The translations under genes and the position numbers were made by a program. A stretch of DNA of 64,000 nt from Mobula hypostoma (taxonomy: Eukaryota): positions 12,958,001 through 13,022,000 of the forward strand of contig NC_086109.1 of NCBI RefSeq assembly GCF_963921235.1. The letters run 5' to 3'. Shown one piece after another: positions 11,859 through 25,216 of this stretch. Position 1 is the first letter of the stretch; every line of letters starts with the position of its first letter. Below the pieces are notes generated by a model. It did no database searches and was not told where the DNA came from. It saw only the letters and a list, made by a program, of their open reading frames with translations.

Positions 11859-13765
11859 GATGGTAGTACTGAGAAGAGAGGGAGATGGGTCAAATACAGG
11901 CATATAGGATGGGCTCAGGTGGGGGGATCGTGCTGGCACAGAGTAATGGGGCTGAACACCGGTTTATTTTCTAGATCCCATTGTAAACTTCTGTTGTTTC
12001 CACTGCACTACAATATCACCCACAATTTATTAATCATGCCACCTACATTACAATTGCAAATTATCAAGACAGATGATAAATATCTGGTTAATAAATAAGA
12101 ACGCTGATCCAGACAACACGCAACTGGTGATGAAGTCTGATGTTGTCAGAAAAACAACACTCCACTACCAATCTTCTCCTTCCACCAAACCTATTCAGTA
12201 TCCATCCTTCTGCCTTATCATGTGATCCCACATTACAGACCAGTCTACTATGTGAAACTTTCTCAAAGACGTTGCTGATCTCCGTGTGCCAACCTCTATT
12301 GTCATAAGACCGTAAGATATAGGAGCAGAGTAGGCCATTTGGCCCATCGAGTCTGCTCCGCCATGGCAAATAACTTTGCCATACCTAATCTGTTCAGGCC
12401 TTTTAACATTCAGAATGTTTCTATGAGATCCCTCCTCATTCTCCTGAACTCCAGGGAATACAGCCCAAGAGCTGCCAGATGTTCCTCATATAGTAACCCT
12501 TTCATTCCTGCAATCATTCTTGTGAATCTTCTCTGAACCCTCTCCCTGCCCTCATCAGTCCTTTTGGTCACCTCTTCAAATAAACTCAGTCCATTTTTTT
12601 TGAGACATAATCTCTCAAGCACAAAACCATGTTGACAATCCAAAATCAGATCTAGCCTTTACAAATTCGGGTAGATCCTGTTTCACACAATCACCTCCAG
12701 TAAGTTACCCACCACTGATCTTATGCTCACCTGCCTGGAATGGGACTGGATCAGTAATCTATTGACTCAGAAATGTAGAAACACACCGAGACATTAGTGG
12801 GCAGTGATAATGATGACTCCAATCAAATAAAAATCATTACTTGTGAAGAGCTGTGAGCACGTGATGAGGGACAATGCTGTTGTCTTCTCAGTTTAATGTG
12901 GAATTCAATTGTACCAATTGACAGCGGGCAGATTCCTTAGAATGCAGTGACAGCTTTAAATAAAACATCTTTTCACATTGTGTTCTTTATCAATTGTGCT
13001 TATTTTTGTGAGCAGCATTCTATCCAAAGTAACAAGTATTTTGTCCTCCTTTGCACTTAGGTCCTGGAAGTGACATTAAACTATCTAGAATCTGCTTGAG
13101 TGAATTTGATTTTACCTGTCCATTTTCTGAAGAAATTCTCCCCCAGTTTCAGGTGCTTTATGGGCAGAAGATAAAGTAAGAGGAGTTGTGAGAAGATCAA
13201 TCACAATCGATTGTCACTATGCACCAATGTACCGTTCACACACGAAGTATTTGTGCCGCATGTGGGATCGTCAATGCACATCGTTAGTGAATACAAATGG
13301 GACAAATGAGCAGCATGGAAGAATGACAATCAGAGATAACACATCCCAGGGAATATTTACTGTTACTATGGAGAATCTTGTCTCTAATGATACAGAACTT
13401 TACAGATGTGGAATTACAACATCTGGCAATCATCCAGTGTTTGACGTGCATCTACAAGTATCTGACGGTAGGTTTCTCTTTGATTGACTTGATGTCCCCA
13501 CTGAAGTGTCTGATTCATATTTTCTCTGGGAAAGGTAAGGACAGCATGGATATCCTGAAGCTCCACAGCCATTCAGAGCACTGCAGGCTGTGGGCAGGAG
13601 TCGGGAAACTCCAGCCATGCTTCTTTCACTAAGTGTGGGGTCTGACCTACTGACTGGATACCAATTTCCAGTAGGAGACTCAGCATATTTTCCTGTCTTT
13701 GAACTGTATGAAATGTCAGAGATTTACATTCAGAATAAAGGTAGTAATCCAACAATAACAGGTCG
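11859..13765 (+). repeat. Segmental duplication block 3, copy 1 (paralog 53833-55005), containing the V exon
   Basis: Colinear intron similarity on both sides of the V exon, e.g. GGATGGGCTCAGGTGGGGGGATCGTG versus GGATGGGCTGAGGTGGGGGAATCGTG. Copy 1 carries extra sequence at about 12305-13015. Confidence 0.85.
13147..13467 (+). CDS. Locus A Ig V-domain exon, CD300/pIgR/TREM-like
   Basis: CCCCAG acceptor, GTAGGT donor, 321 nt, phase 1-1. Reads (V)SGALWAEDKVRG...TIDCHY...KYLCRMWDRQC...NDTELYRCG...LQVSD, with the B- and F-strand Cys plus the extra C-C' Cys pair typical of CD300/pIgR V domains. Confidence 0.93.
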
Positions 13766-14479
13766 ATGAGAAACAAGTGTTACTCAAGATCTAAATAACT
13801 TGAAAATCATAAAAAGGGAATCAGTTCTCAGAGCTAAACAGACTGTGTTCAGTCCTCCCAGGGCAGACTATTCCACATCCCATCCCTGTTTCATGGATCA
13901 GTCATCCCGTCCCTTATTCTGTGCTCTTTTTATCTGTCCCCATCAATGTGCTCCAATACTCCACCCCCCAGCACCCACTGACCATCCATTTCCCGGCAGC
14001 CAGACTCTCCATCGGACCGATCCCTGGTGGGAAATAGGGCAATGGAATTAGAGAGAACTTGGGACACAGTCCAGCACAAGAATGGACTCCATGACCCACC
14101 ATGTCTGCTCTGACCATGAAGTGATTCTAAGCTAATTCATGTGGTCCAGATCCCTCCAAACCCTCTCTTTTCATGTCCATGTCCGAAAGCACCTTATTGT
14201 CTCTGTTTCCACCAGCTGGTCTGACTGTGCATTCCACGCAGTCACCACCCGCAGTGTAAAACAAAACTTGTCTCGCAAACATCCTTTAAACTTTCCCACG
14301 ATCACCCTCAAACTATTATTATTAATACCATTATTTAATATTTCAACCCTGGAAAAAAGATTCCAATTATCTTCCCTATCTATGCCTTCTATAACATTTT
14401 AGACTTGTCACAGATCTCTCCAACACTCCAGCAAAAACAATCTGAGTTTGTCCAACTTCTGCCCACAGCTAATACACTC

Positions 14480-14780
14480 CAATCCAGGCAATATTTATTC
14501 CTATATTTATAGATTGATTTAAATTGAGCTACAGCAGAGAATAGGCACTTCCGGCCCTTCGAGCTATGCCATCCTAGATTTAACCCTATCCTAATCACTA
14601 GACAATTTTCAATGACCAATTAACCAATCAACCCATTGGTCTTTGGACAATGGGATGAAGCTGGAGCACCTGGAGGAAACCCACATGGTCACAGGGAGAC
14701 TGTACAAACTTCTTACAGACAGCGGTGGGAATTGAAACTTGGTCACTGGTACGGTTCACTACTAATTTACTGCGCCACCC
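14480..14780 (-). mobile_element. HE1/V-SINE-like tRNA-derived SINE (decayed)
   Basis: The reverse complement contains a GGTGCTCCAGCTTCATCCCATTGTCCAAAGAC-type central V domain. Borders approximate. Confidence 0.6.
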
Positions 14781-15064
14781 TGGTGAGATCATGGTTAACC
14801 TCTTTACACTCTCCAAAACCTCCACATCTTGAATAATGTGTTGCAACCAGAACTACATATTATGTTGCAAATGTGCCCTAACCAAAGTTTTTTCAAGCAC
14901 AAAGATGCCTTGTCAGCTTCAGTCTCCAACATGTAGAATGAAGAATGCAAACGTGCTGAATGCTTTCATTACCATTATGTCCACTTGTGTTGCCACTTTC
15001 ACGGAGCAATGGACTTGAACCCCAAGAACTCTCAGTACATCAATTCTAAAGGGATCCCAATATT

Positions 15065-16520
15065 AAATTCCAGGTGACATCAAACTTCACTAATGTATGA
15101 GGAGTGTTTGAAGGCTCTGCGCCTGTACTTGCTGGAGTTTAGAAGAATGAGGGAGGATCACATGGAAAGCTATCAAGTGTTGAAAAGCCCAGTGCGTACA
15201 GAGAGGATGTTTCCGATAGTGTGGATGTCTAGGACCAGAGAGCACAGACTCAGAATAGAAGGATGCAGCTTTAAAGAGGGATGAAGCTGGTGAATTTGTG
15301 GTAGCTGTGGACACCAATTCATTGGGGATATTTAAAGCAGGGGTTAATAGGGTCTTGATCAGTAAGGGTGTCAAAGATTACAGAAAGAAGACAGGAGAAT
15401 AGATTGAGAGGGATAAGAAATCAACCATGATGGAATGGTAGAGAAGACTCAATGGACTGCATCACTTAATTCTACTCCTATGTTCTATGGTCTTGTGGTC
15501 CATGGTCTTTCTGCTTCTCCAGTCTCACATGCGTCCTTGTTAGCTTCATATAGATATCATTACTAATGGGATCCCTTCCCCATGTCAAAAACATTGCTGA
15601 CTAGTCCTAATCATATTATGCTTCTCCAAATCTTCATAAATCCTGCCTTTCAGGATCTTCTCCATCAGCTTACTAACCACTGAAGTAAGACTAACTGGTC
15701 TATAATTTCCTAGGCTATCTCTACTCCCTTTCTTGAATAATGGAACAACATCCACAACCCTCCAATCCTCTTGAACCTCTCCCATCCCCATTGAAGATGC
15801 AAAGATCATTGCCAGAGGATCAGCAATCTCTTTTCTCACCTCCCACAGTAGCCTGGGGTATATCTTGTCCAGTCCCGGTGACTTATCCAACTTGATGCTT
15901 TCCGAAAGCACCAGCACATCCTCTTTCTTAATATCTATATGCTCAAGCTTGTATGACTGACAGCAGAGAAAACTGAGAGGAACCTATTGACACAAAGAAG
16001 GAAGATATGAACACCACCAAAGGCAGAGGACCTTCATTGCTGCCCTAAACACCAGTAGTGTAATGGGCAGTAAGTAAGTAGGTATGGAGTCTCAGAATAA
16101 CCTAAGATGTGAGACATTTAAGACTGGGATTAGGAAGGATTTGTTCTCCCAGAAAGTGGTGAACCTGTATTCAAGAAGCATTTAGTTATTTTTTTCAGAG
16201 GCAGGGAGATCAAGAGGAATGAGAAACAATTATTCTCCCAGAAATTAGGGTCCATTGAAAGGCAGAAAGTAGATAATCACCAATAATGGAGGAACGGTGA
16301 TGGAAAACTGATGTGATTGAAAACCAATAAACCTCCAAGTTCTGATACTCTGCATCCCAGAGAACATAAGGAATTGTCACAAGAAATAGTTGATACATTG
16401 CTGGCCGTTTGTAATTCCAATGGATTGAAGAAAAGCTAACAACTAATTTTAAAAGAGATAGAGACAAAAGCGGAAATTATAGAGCAATTAGCCTGACATT
16501 GGTATAAGGAAATGTGGTAA
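15065..16520. mobile_element. Cluster of decayed CR1 fragments in both orientations
   Basis: ORF 15093-15284 (+, RT C-terminus LYLLEFRRMR) and 15585-15917 (-, KSPGLDKIYP, NYRPVSLTSVV). Confidence 0.75.
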
Positions 16521-17379
16521 AGAAGGACCAAGGACAAAACCAATGTATTGAATTGGTCTTTTGTTTCTTTGTGCCCAGTATAAATTCCTCCATTTCTGTC
16601 TGTTAGATATCCTGTCTTTGTTTTAATTAATCTTCTCTTCACAAACTGATTGTAGTTATAGAGGTGCTCAGAAGGTGTGGCCATGTCTTCCACTTGCTAT
16701 GTATGATGGCCACGTATGAAAATGGGAACAAGTTTTGGCACAGACTAGAAGGGCCAAATGGCCTGTTTTCTGTGTTGTAGTGCTCTATGGTTCTAGGTAT
16801 GTATGTTCCCTGCAAACTTGCTCATGTTCTTTATTTTCAGTGTTTTAATAGGCTACTTTATATTATCTTGAATTCTAAACTATTTTGAGTACTCAGCTTA
16901 TCTGCTTTGTCTGAACATGACACGTTTTCTTGGATCTTATAGATTCACAAATTTCTTTCGAGAGTTGTACTTGATAATGTAAAAGCTTCTGAGGGGATCT
17001 CTTTAATGCATGAAATATTCCCTGAGGGATGGATGGAGTTCATGTTAAAAGGGACATTTCACAGGGTCTAGAATGTTGACAATTCCAGGAGAATATTGAT
17101 CATCATCTCATTCCTGTACTTAAGTCTATTACTCTGTGCAGTTTGAACAGATGTTTCAAAAATGGAAAGCTTTATTCAAATATCTGAGTGCTCACTGGAG
17201 GTGTAGGAACTCTCCCACCAGGAAGAGAATCAGGGAAATTATATGCATAGAAAGTTGTTGCCAGGATTTTATGACAGCTTCTGAGAATGGCTGAGGTTTC
17301 TGTCAGTAGTGCAAATGCAAAAAGCCAGTCCTGAGTAAGAGGAAGTAAATGAGTGAACAACATAAAAGTGAGACATTTT

Positions 17380-17650
17380 TTAAAAATTTCATTTATTTAG
17401 CAGTACACCACCACGTAGGCACCTCCAGGCATTTGAGCCACACTGGCCCCCAAACCCCGCCAATCATGATTAACCCTAACCTAATCGCGGGACAATTTAC
17501 AACAACAAGAGGATCCGGAGAAAATCTATGCATTCCACAGGGAGGATGTACAGAAACCCCTTACAGAATGGCTGTGGAACTAAACTCTGAACTCCAGAGC
17601 ACCCTGAGCTGTAATAGTGTCGCTCTAACTGCTACGCTACGGTGTCGCCC
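17380..17650 (-). mobile_element. HE1/V-SINE-like SINE
   Basis: The reverse complement begins GGCGACACCGTAGCGTAGCAGTTAGAGCG (tRNA A-box-like head) and ends in an A/T-rich tail. Confidence 0.75.
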
Positions 17651-18386
17651 ACTGTATATTGAATTTCTGTATATTGTTTAAAAAAGACCTTGCCTTTTTA
17701 TTGGGAAAACCTCCTGCAGTATCCTGTTGGATAGAAAGTGTCTGTGAGCCATTATCCCCCTGTATACTCAAGTACAGTCATGACCACATCTCTGCAGAGG
17801 GTGATGGAGCCCCAGAAAGAGATCTCCTCCTGCTGGCAGAGGCCAGCTCCCTGGCAGGACATTTCCCTTACGATTTCACACATTTAAATAGGATTATAGT
17901 TTCCTCAGTACTAGACCTTTCACTTCCCCAACAGCATCTCCACACCACCAGTTCCTGAATACAGAAAAGAATCCAAATTGTCAGTATATGTAATGGGGTG
18001 CACAGGAGAACAGCAATTAGTGTAACACTATTACAGCACCAGCCATCAGTTCTACCCATGACTGTGTGGGTTTCCTTCCACTTTCCAAAGATACATGGGT
18101 TAGTATTGGTAAGCTATAGCCAAGCCATTTTGGTGCTGGAAGCATGGAATACTTGCAGGCTGCCCCCAGCACATATTCCATGTTGGACGTTGCTGTAAAC
18201 GATGCTTTTCACTATGTGCTCTGATGTACATGTGACAAAAATTCTCATCTTTAATCTTTAAATGTGCATTGAGTAACAGATCACCTTTGGTCTACCATGC
18301 CCAAGTACCTATTGGTCTAACAATTGTGAGCTCTTGTTCTTGTAAGTGCAAAGCAGATGAAATTGAATTTTATTTTCTTTTAACAG

Positions 18387-18441
18387 GGCCAATTCATTTC
18401 TCTGAAAATACTGAGACAGAATCGATGACAACTGCACAAAG
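18387..18441 (+). CDS. Locus A stalk exon (GPIHFSENTETESMTTAQ)
   Basis: TTTTCTTTTAACAG acceptor and AG|GTAAGA donor. Open only in the phase-1 entry frame, Ser/Thr/Glu-rich, exits in phase 2 like the gene B stalk exon. Confidence 0.72.
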
Positions 18442-21400
18442 GTAAGAAACTATTTCTCCTCAAACGTAAGGGATAAGGTTCTCTCTACAGGTGGTTTCAC
18501 TGCTACTGCTTCCAGGCAGAGCAAGTTGGGAGAGAAATTTGGTGTTAAACACATTTGACATAAATAACTTCAATGAGCTCATGTCATGAAAATTGAGTAT
18601 TCCTGATTTTGTTGTATATGTGTCAAGTCTGAGATCACAGATAAATTTATTTCCCCAAATATTTAATAATTTAAGCACTGCAGCTGAAGCTCGTGTATAG
18701 AGTCATACAATCATTGTTATATATTAGAACAAAAGGCCCTTCATCCTGACTCATCCAAACCAACCAAAATGTTCATCTAAGCTCGGCACATTTAATTTTA
18801 TTTATCCTATATCCAGGGCTTCCCCACCTGGAGTCAAGTCCAGTCAAGTCAAGTTTATTGTCATTTAACTATATACATATTTACCATCAAATGAGACAAT
18901 GTTTCTCCTAACCAGCGTGTAAAGAACTGTAATATGCATAATGCATAATAACTTATGAAAGTGAGAATGAAATCTACACATAAATAAACAAACTAAAGTG
19001 CATAAATTAAGTTCTGTAAGGTACACAGCAGACTAACCAGTGACACTGACTCTATGGACCCCTCAGATATTGGTAGGGGCCCATGCATAAAAAAGTTTGT
19101 GAACCCCTATTCGAAGCCTTTCCTATCCACATGTCTGTCAAAATGTCTTTTGAACTTTGTAAATGTATCCACTGCTATAGATTGCTATGGCACCTTGTTC
19201 CATGTACTCAAGACCCTTTGTGAACAAGTTGCTCATCGGGTCCTTTCTCCACTCACTTTAAGTCTGCACATACTCACTTTACTGTTCCCTCCCCTTGTAA
19301 AAAGACAATGAGCATTCACCTTATCGATGCCCCTCATGATTTTATGTACCTCTGTTAAGTCACCCCTCAGCATTCTAATCAAGGGCAAACATCTCAGCCT
19401 ATCCAATCCTACATTATAACTCTAGCCCTCCATTTTCAGGAATATCCTCATGACATTTTTGCTGCACCATTTCCAGACTAATGATATCTTTACTATACCC
19501 AGGAGACCACAACTGCACTCACTAACATCTTGTACAGCCATAACATAACATAATAAACTTATACTCACTGCCCTGACTGACAAAGTAAGTGTATCAAATG
19601 CCACCCTGTCTACCTGTGTCACCACTTTCAGGCAACAATGTACCTGGAAACCTAGATCTTTTTTTTACAATACTCTCCATAGCATTCTCCTACCATTTAC
19701 TGTGTATGTCTTGCCCTGGTTTAACTTACCAAAATGCAAAACCTCCAACTTGAAAAACCCCATCACAATCCACTAACTCCTCCCACCAGGCCAATGTTAT
19801 ATTTAATTAGCTAGCTCACCCTGCATCCCACGTTGATCCAAATCTCTGGAGTTATCTCCATGTGGGTCCTTGTTAAAGGCCTTACTAAGGTTCATGTAGA
19901 CAACATCCACTACCCTGCCCTCATTAATCCTCTCTGTCTGTAATGAGCACTTTTGGCCTATGCAAGGAGCCAGAGAGCATTGAGCTCCAAAGTTTTTAAG
20001 AGCACCTGAATTATTTAATTGTAGTTTAAAAAGAGTTGTTAATCCTTTAGAGAGCCTTGGGTCTTTCTTGAATGACTCGCTCTTTGTAATATGGACCCTG
20101 GTGCTTTCTGTTTAAGCTTATTAAATTTATTTCAGTAAGCTCAGGAATTCCATGTTACTTGTATTACTTAAACAGACACCTGATTTGCACTAATCACAGG
20201 GTCCTATTTGAGAGTGTTCAGTCTGGTAGGTGCCAGTCAGCCAAGCCACCAATGTTCTGTTGGAATAAACTTTGGTGTCTGTCTCCACAATGGAGTTTGG
20301 CTTTCCTGCGCAATTGGGTTCCAACATTGCCGATGTACATCGTGACACTGTCACCTCTTCAAAAAGCTCATTCATATTCGTGAGAACTGATTTCCGATGC
20401 TGACTATCCTAATCAGCCTTGCTTATCCAATTGCTGGTAGATTCTCTTCCTCAGAATCTCCTCCAGTAATTTTCCTACCACTGATGTTGGTTTCATTGGC
20501 CTGCAGCTTCCTGGTGTGCCTTTGTACCCCTTTTTAAATAAAGCCACAGCATCTGCTATTGATCACCCAGACTTCTGTTACCTCATTTGTGGTAAAAATG
20601 ATGCAAGTATCACTATGAAGACCTTAGTCATTTATCCCTAGCTTTTCATACTACCCAGGGCTACAGTTGCTCAGGCCCTATGAAATTATCCAAAAACGTT
20701 ATTCTTCAAGACTGTCAGCAAGTCCTCATTTTAATGATAATATGTTCCAACAGAACACTATTCATTTCCCTTAATTCCTCATCTTCCATGACCAGCTTCA
20801 CAGTAAATACAGATGAGAAATATTAATTTAAGACCTCACCAGTCTCCTGTAGCTCAACATATGGATGATCATATTAATCATTATGGGAACCCATTCACTT
20901 CCTCGTTGCTCTTTTCCTTTTAATAGACTTATAAATCTCTCAGAATTCTTTTATCTTATCTCATTGAGTTATCTCATATCCTCTTTTTGCTTTTCTGATC
21001 TCCCTTCTAATTGCATATTTACAGTGATGCTAGACGTTTGTGAACGTTTCGCTCTAATATTGGATTATTTTTTCTCAATAAATCAATAAACAAGTATAAT
21101 GATATTTTGTGTCATTTATTTAGATTCTCTTCATCAAGTTTTAGGACTGATGTGAAGATCTGATCACATTTTAGGTCACATTTATGCAGAAATAAGAGAA
21201 AATTCTAAAGGGTTCACAAACTTCCTAGCACCTTTTATATTCCTTAAGGGATTCCAATGATCCCAGCTGCCTATACCTGTTAAATGCCTTGTTTTTCCTG
21301 ACCAGTATCTCAACACCCTTGTCAACCAGGATTTCCTAATTCTGCCTGTCTTGCACTTCACTCTAACAGGAACGTGCCATCCTTGAACTCGCCTGATCTG

Positions 21401-22899
21401 CAGCTCATCGGAATGGAAATGGCGTCATGTTTACATCACACTACTGTGTTATGTCTGTGGTGAGGAAACTAGAATAAATTCCTCCATTTGCCATGATTCA
21501 GAGGGTACTCCCTGTGGTGTTTACTATGACAGTCCCATGACTAACTCTATCCCAAGACATAAGTTGAATTGCAATGCTTCTTTACCACTGGCGCCACAGC
21601 AGAGAAAGTCACAGCAAGGCAAATTTCCTGGTGAACTACAGGCTGAGGGCATCACACTTCGAGTTATTTCTCTAAGTGCTGGCCATTGTAACAGCAGGAG
21701 ACATCTCATCTATAATGTGCCTTTGGAGGAGCTCATGTGATGTCAAACTGCTTGCCTTGAGATGTTCACTGTAGGTCTTCTGCTGGGTCTGTTGAAGATG
21801 TTCCACAGTCCAGAGGAGAAAAGATTTTGACATGAGGCCAGTAAGATCTCAACAATCAACGTCCAAGCCAATGTGGGATTTGGTGGGAGTTGCTTTTGTA
21901 GGAGAGCTGGTTTTAAGCGGATGCGGTGTTTCCTTTATTAGATCCTTCAACTGTGAGTGCAGTGGGATCTGTAGATATTACCTCAGCTTCTCCCCACATC
22001 CTGATTCTTACACACAAGTGTTCATACATATATAATTATACTTTTTGGATATTTGCAATAATTCATATTTTTATTTGATTTTTCATTACTTTTCACTGAC
22101 CTGGTAATTAAAGACCCAAATTTCACTGACATACTCTCTTCCTCTCCCCTCTTGCTGGGCAGCAAATACAAAAGCTAGAAAGCATGTACCACCAGGCTCT
22201 AGGATAGCTTCTATCCCAGTTATAAAACTGTTCGATGGCCTCAATGTTTTCATGGCAATTTCATGGCCTGACATGTTCTGCTGCTCTTCACCCGAACCTT
22301 GTGATTTTAACACCCAGCAAGGGCAGTTTCTCCACTAAGTATGGCTTCTGCATGCTTGAACCAAATATTTTGTTCATGCAGCAGAAACTTGAGAAAGTTC
22401 TTCAGCAATTACTGTAGTACTGAGGTTAAAGGCACATGTATTTATTATCGAAGTATTTATTCAGTAAACAACTCTGAGATTTATCTTCTTCAGAAAGCCA
22501 CGAAACAAAGAAAACCATGAGGGCCGTTCAAAGAAGAGGTTCAGCTACATGATCAGCAACGCTGTCTGTCAGAGAAGAAACCACCAATCAATCCTTTAAT
22601 GTAACAGTTTTAATGACATGTTTGTAAAAGAACATGGTAGGGATCTCAAATGACCTGGATAATAGTTACTCTTTAATCAACATCACACTCATTGGTCATG
22701 ATCACATTTCTACTTGTGAGACCTTGGAGTGAACAGATTGGCTGTTGCAAATTCCCACACGGTGAACAGTGTCTAATATTCATTTTATGAGCTGCAGGCA
22801 TCCTGAGCTCATGAAAAATGCTGTGTAAATGTCAGACTTTACAAATGGCCAAGAATAAGTGGTGAACCAAGGTTAATGCATTCCCATTCTTTATCACAG

Positions 22900-22983
22900 A
22901 ATTACTTACATAATTTTGCTCAGTGTCATTGGAATTCTTCTCAGTCGTTTGTCTAGTTTGCCACCTGAAGAGAAAAAACAGTG
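22900..22983 (+). CDS. Locus A transmembrane exon, frameshifted
   Basis: TTCCCATTCTTTATCACAG acceptor and GTAGGT donor. Phase-2 entry gives ITYIILLSVIGILL; the hydrophobic stretch and basic stop-transfer continue in another frame (VVCLVCHLKRKNS). Confidence 0.7.
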
Positions 22984-23253
22984 GTAGGTTTCTTTTCTCC
23001 TTTAAATGTTTCATGATGAATATGATAGCTAGCTTCTGAATCTTAAGGAACTTGATTTTGAAACAATCAATGAAAAGCTGGGATGTGCATTCGTACTGAT
23101 GTTTAGATATAGAACACATGAATGAATTGATCAGGTGTATCTTTTACCAATCTACCACTCACTGCATATCACTGGAGAAATTTCCCTACTCTCATTGTAC
23201 AAAGTTGTTGTAAATTAAGTCATGGGTCTGCTTTATTGAGATGATCCTGAGAT

Positions 23254-23567
23254 GGGCACCACAGTGGCGTAGAGGTTAGAGTGAAGCAATTACAATTCGG
23301 GGCATTTTGGAGTTCGGAGTTCAATTCCGGTGCCATTCTGTAAGGAGTCTGTACATCCTCCCTGTGGAATGCGTGGGTTTTCCCCGGGTGCTCTGGTTTC
23401 CTTCCACAGTCCAAAGACATTCTGAAGTGGTTAATTAGTCGTTGTAATTTGTCCCGTGATTAGGTTGGGGCTAATCAGGTTTGTTGAGGTTTGCTGGGTC
23501 AGCATGGCTGGAAGGGCCGGAAGGGCTGACCCTGCAATGCCCCACTAAATAAACAAACAAACAAATA
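23254..23567 (+). mobile_element. HE1/V-SINE-like SINE
   Basis: GGGCACCACAGTGGCGTAGAGGTTAG head, GGGTGCTCTGGTTTCCTTCCACAGTCCAAAGAC V core, (AAAC)n tail. Confidence 0.82.
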
Positions 23568-24372
23568 ACCTTGCTCTCTTAAATAAATCAGTGAAGAGAA
23601 CTGTGAGTACAGTGATCTCCTGTAGGTTATTATTAGACAGGGAAATGGGGTTGATCTTTGGAAAATAAAGTCCCTCCAAATGATTGGCCAATGGAATATA
23701 ACTCATTGGCTGAAAATTATGATTTTAATTTTCTCTGAGTCCCTGTTTGTTGCAAAGATCTGAACAAAAGGAGTGCATTCTTTTTCATAGAGAAATTCTC
23801 TAAATGATCAGTACTTGAGATAAAGGCAGAAAAGTGCTAACAACACTCAGCATGTAAGATGGCAGCTGTGGAGAGAGGAACAGCTAATCCTTCAAGGCAA
23901 TGACCTTACATCAAAACTGGAAAATGTGAGCGATAACAAGTCTTGAGGTGCAGAGAAAGTATGGAAGGAAGCACAAAAGAGAGGGTTTCTGACAGAGTAC
24001 AAGACAGAAAAAAATACATCAGAAAAGCTGACGTGTGGGCCGGCTGGACAGTTGGAAAATGAGGTGATTTTTATTTTGGGCAGTTTGTTCCTTCTGCCTG
24101 AGGGACAATCCAGAGTTTATCCCGTGATTAGTTCTTGATTGGATGCAGCATCAAAGGTTACGTGAGGAGGCTGGGAAATGGGGTTGAGGAGGGGACAAAA
24201 GGATCAGCCATGAATGAATGGTGGAGCAGACTCGATGGGCCAAATGGCCTAATTCTGCTCCTATTTCTTATGGTCTTTCTGAATATTGTGCAATAACCAG
24301 AGCAGAGGTTTGCTCTGCGTGGAGAATCATTACTGTGTTGCAGCCTGGGTTCCATGGTTCTGAGATTCAGTA

Positions 24373-24670
24373 TGGGGGTCATGGTAATGTAACAGTTTGC
24401 GCGAAGCTAGCTGTTCAATTCCAGTGCCGTTCTGAAAGGAGTCTCTGTATGTCCTCCCTGTGGGATGCGTGGATACACTCCGGGTCCTCCAGTTTCCTCC
24501 CAGAGTCCAAAGACGTACCAGGTAGGTGAATTGGTCAATGGAAATTGTCCCGTGATTAGGTTAGGGTTAATCTGGTTTGTCGGGGGTTACTGGGGTGGCG
24601 AAACTCAAAGGGCTGCAAGGGCCGACTCTGTGCTGTATCTATCTATCTATCTATCAATAAATAAATAAAT
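24373..24670 (+). mobile_element. HE1/V-SINE-like SINE
   Basis: V core CCGGGTCCTCCAGTTTCCTCCCAGAGTCCAAAGAC; (TATC)n(AAAT)n tail. Confidence 0.75.
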
Positions 24671-24723
24671 GTTTATGTCTGTTCCTGACATGGAATTTTT
24701 TTCAATAATATTGTATTTTCCAG

Positions 24724-24769
24724 AATGGAGCCCAAAACATCTCACAGAGAAGGCAACAATGACACCCAG
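24724..24769 (+). CDS. Locus A cytoplasmic exon 1 (MEPKTSHREGNNDTQ)
   Basis: TTGTATTTTCCAG acceptor and CAG|GTATGG donor; 46 nt. Phase 2 in and phase 0 out places the next exon in the ITIM frame. Confidence 0.65.
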
Positions 24770-25216
24770 GTATGGACATGGAGTATAAATTCTCTAATGC
24801 CTCAGAATGTTTAAAATTTGGATTTCATTGGAGTTTACAGATCATTCATCCCCAGTAGTCCAGTCCAGTATTAATATTTTACAAAAACTTCTGAACACTC
24901 CTCTCATTGAATCCCATCAGCATATCCTTCTAGTTAACTGTCCCTTTCTCTTGTGTTTATCCAGCTTTTCTTTAAGTGTATCTATAATATTTTATGTGAC
25001 TATTCTTGAAAGTGGCTCCAGTCTTTATTATCATTACCGAATGGTGAAAAGTGAGATTGGTCCTTTCTCTACTGTTAGAGATGGAGCATCTAATTGTGTA
25101 AATCTGTCTTTGGGTTCAATGACTTTTCAGTTTACATTTTGTATATTCCCTCTGAATCTCAAACTCTGATGTGAAATCAGAAAAAAATAGGGCAGGTCTA
25201 ATCAGAACAATTAATT

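Noticed and set aside
12896-12945. ATG TGG AAT TCA ATT GTA CCA ATT, resembling the gene B leader start, upstream of V of locus A
   Set aside because: Not hydrophobic enough, no donor site, in-frame TAG, and no flanking similarity to 44100-44180.
17659-17958. Cys-containing ORF between V and stalk of locus A as a possible decayed C2 exon
   Set aside because: No GSLPIQY or YYC motif and no similarity to 50832 or 56199.
21775-21952. TM-like reading PMWDLVGVAFVGELVLSGCGVSFIRSFN ending at a GTGAGT donor
   Set aside because: It has no clean in-phase acceptor, needs a frameshift, and its phase-1 exit would create TAA with the next exon. The segment at 22900-22983 has better splice sites and a basic stop-transfer motif.
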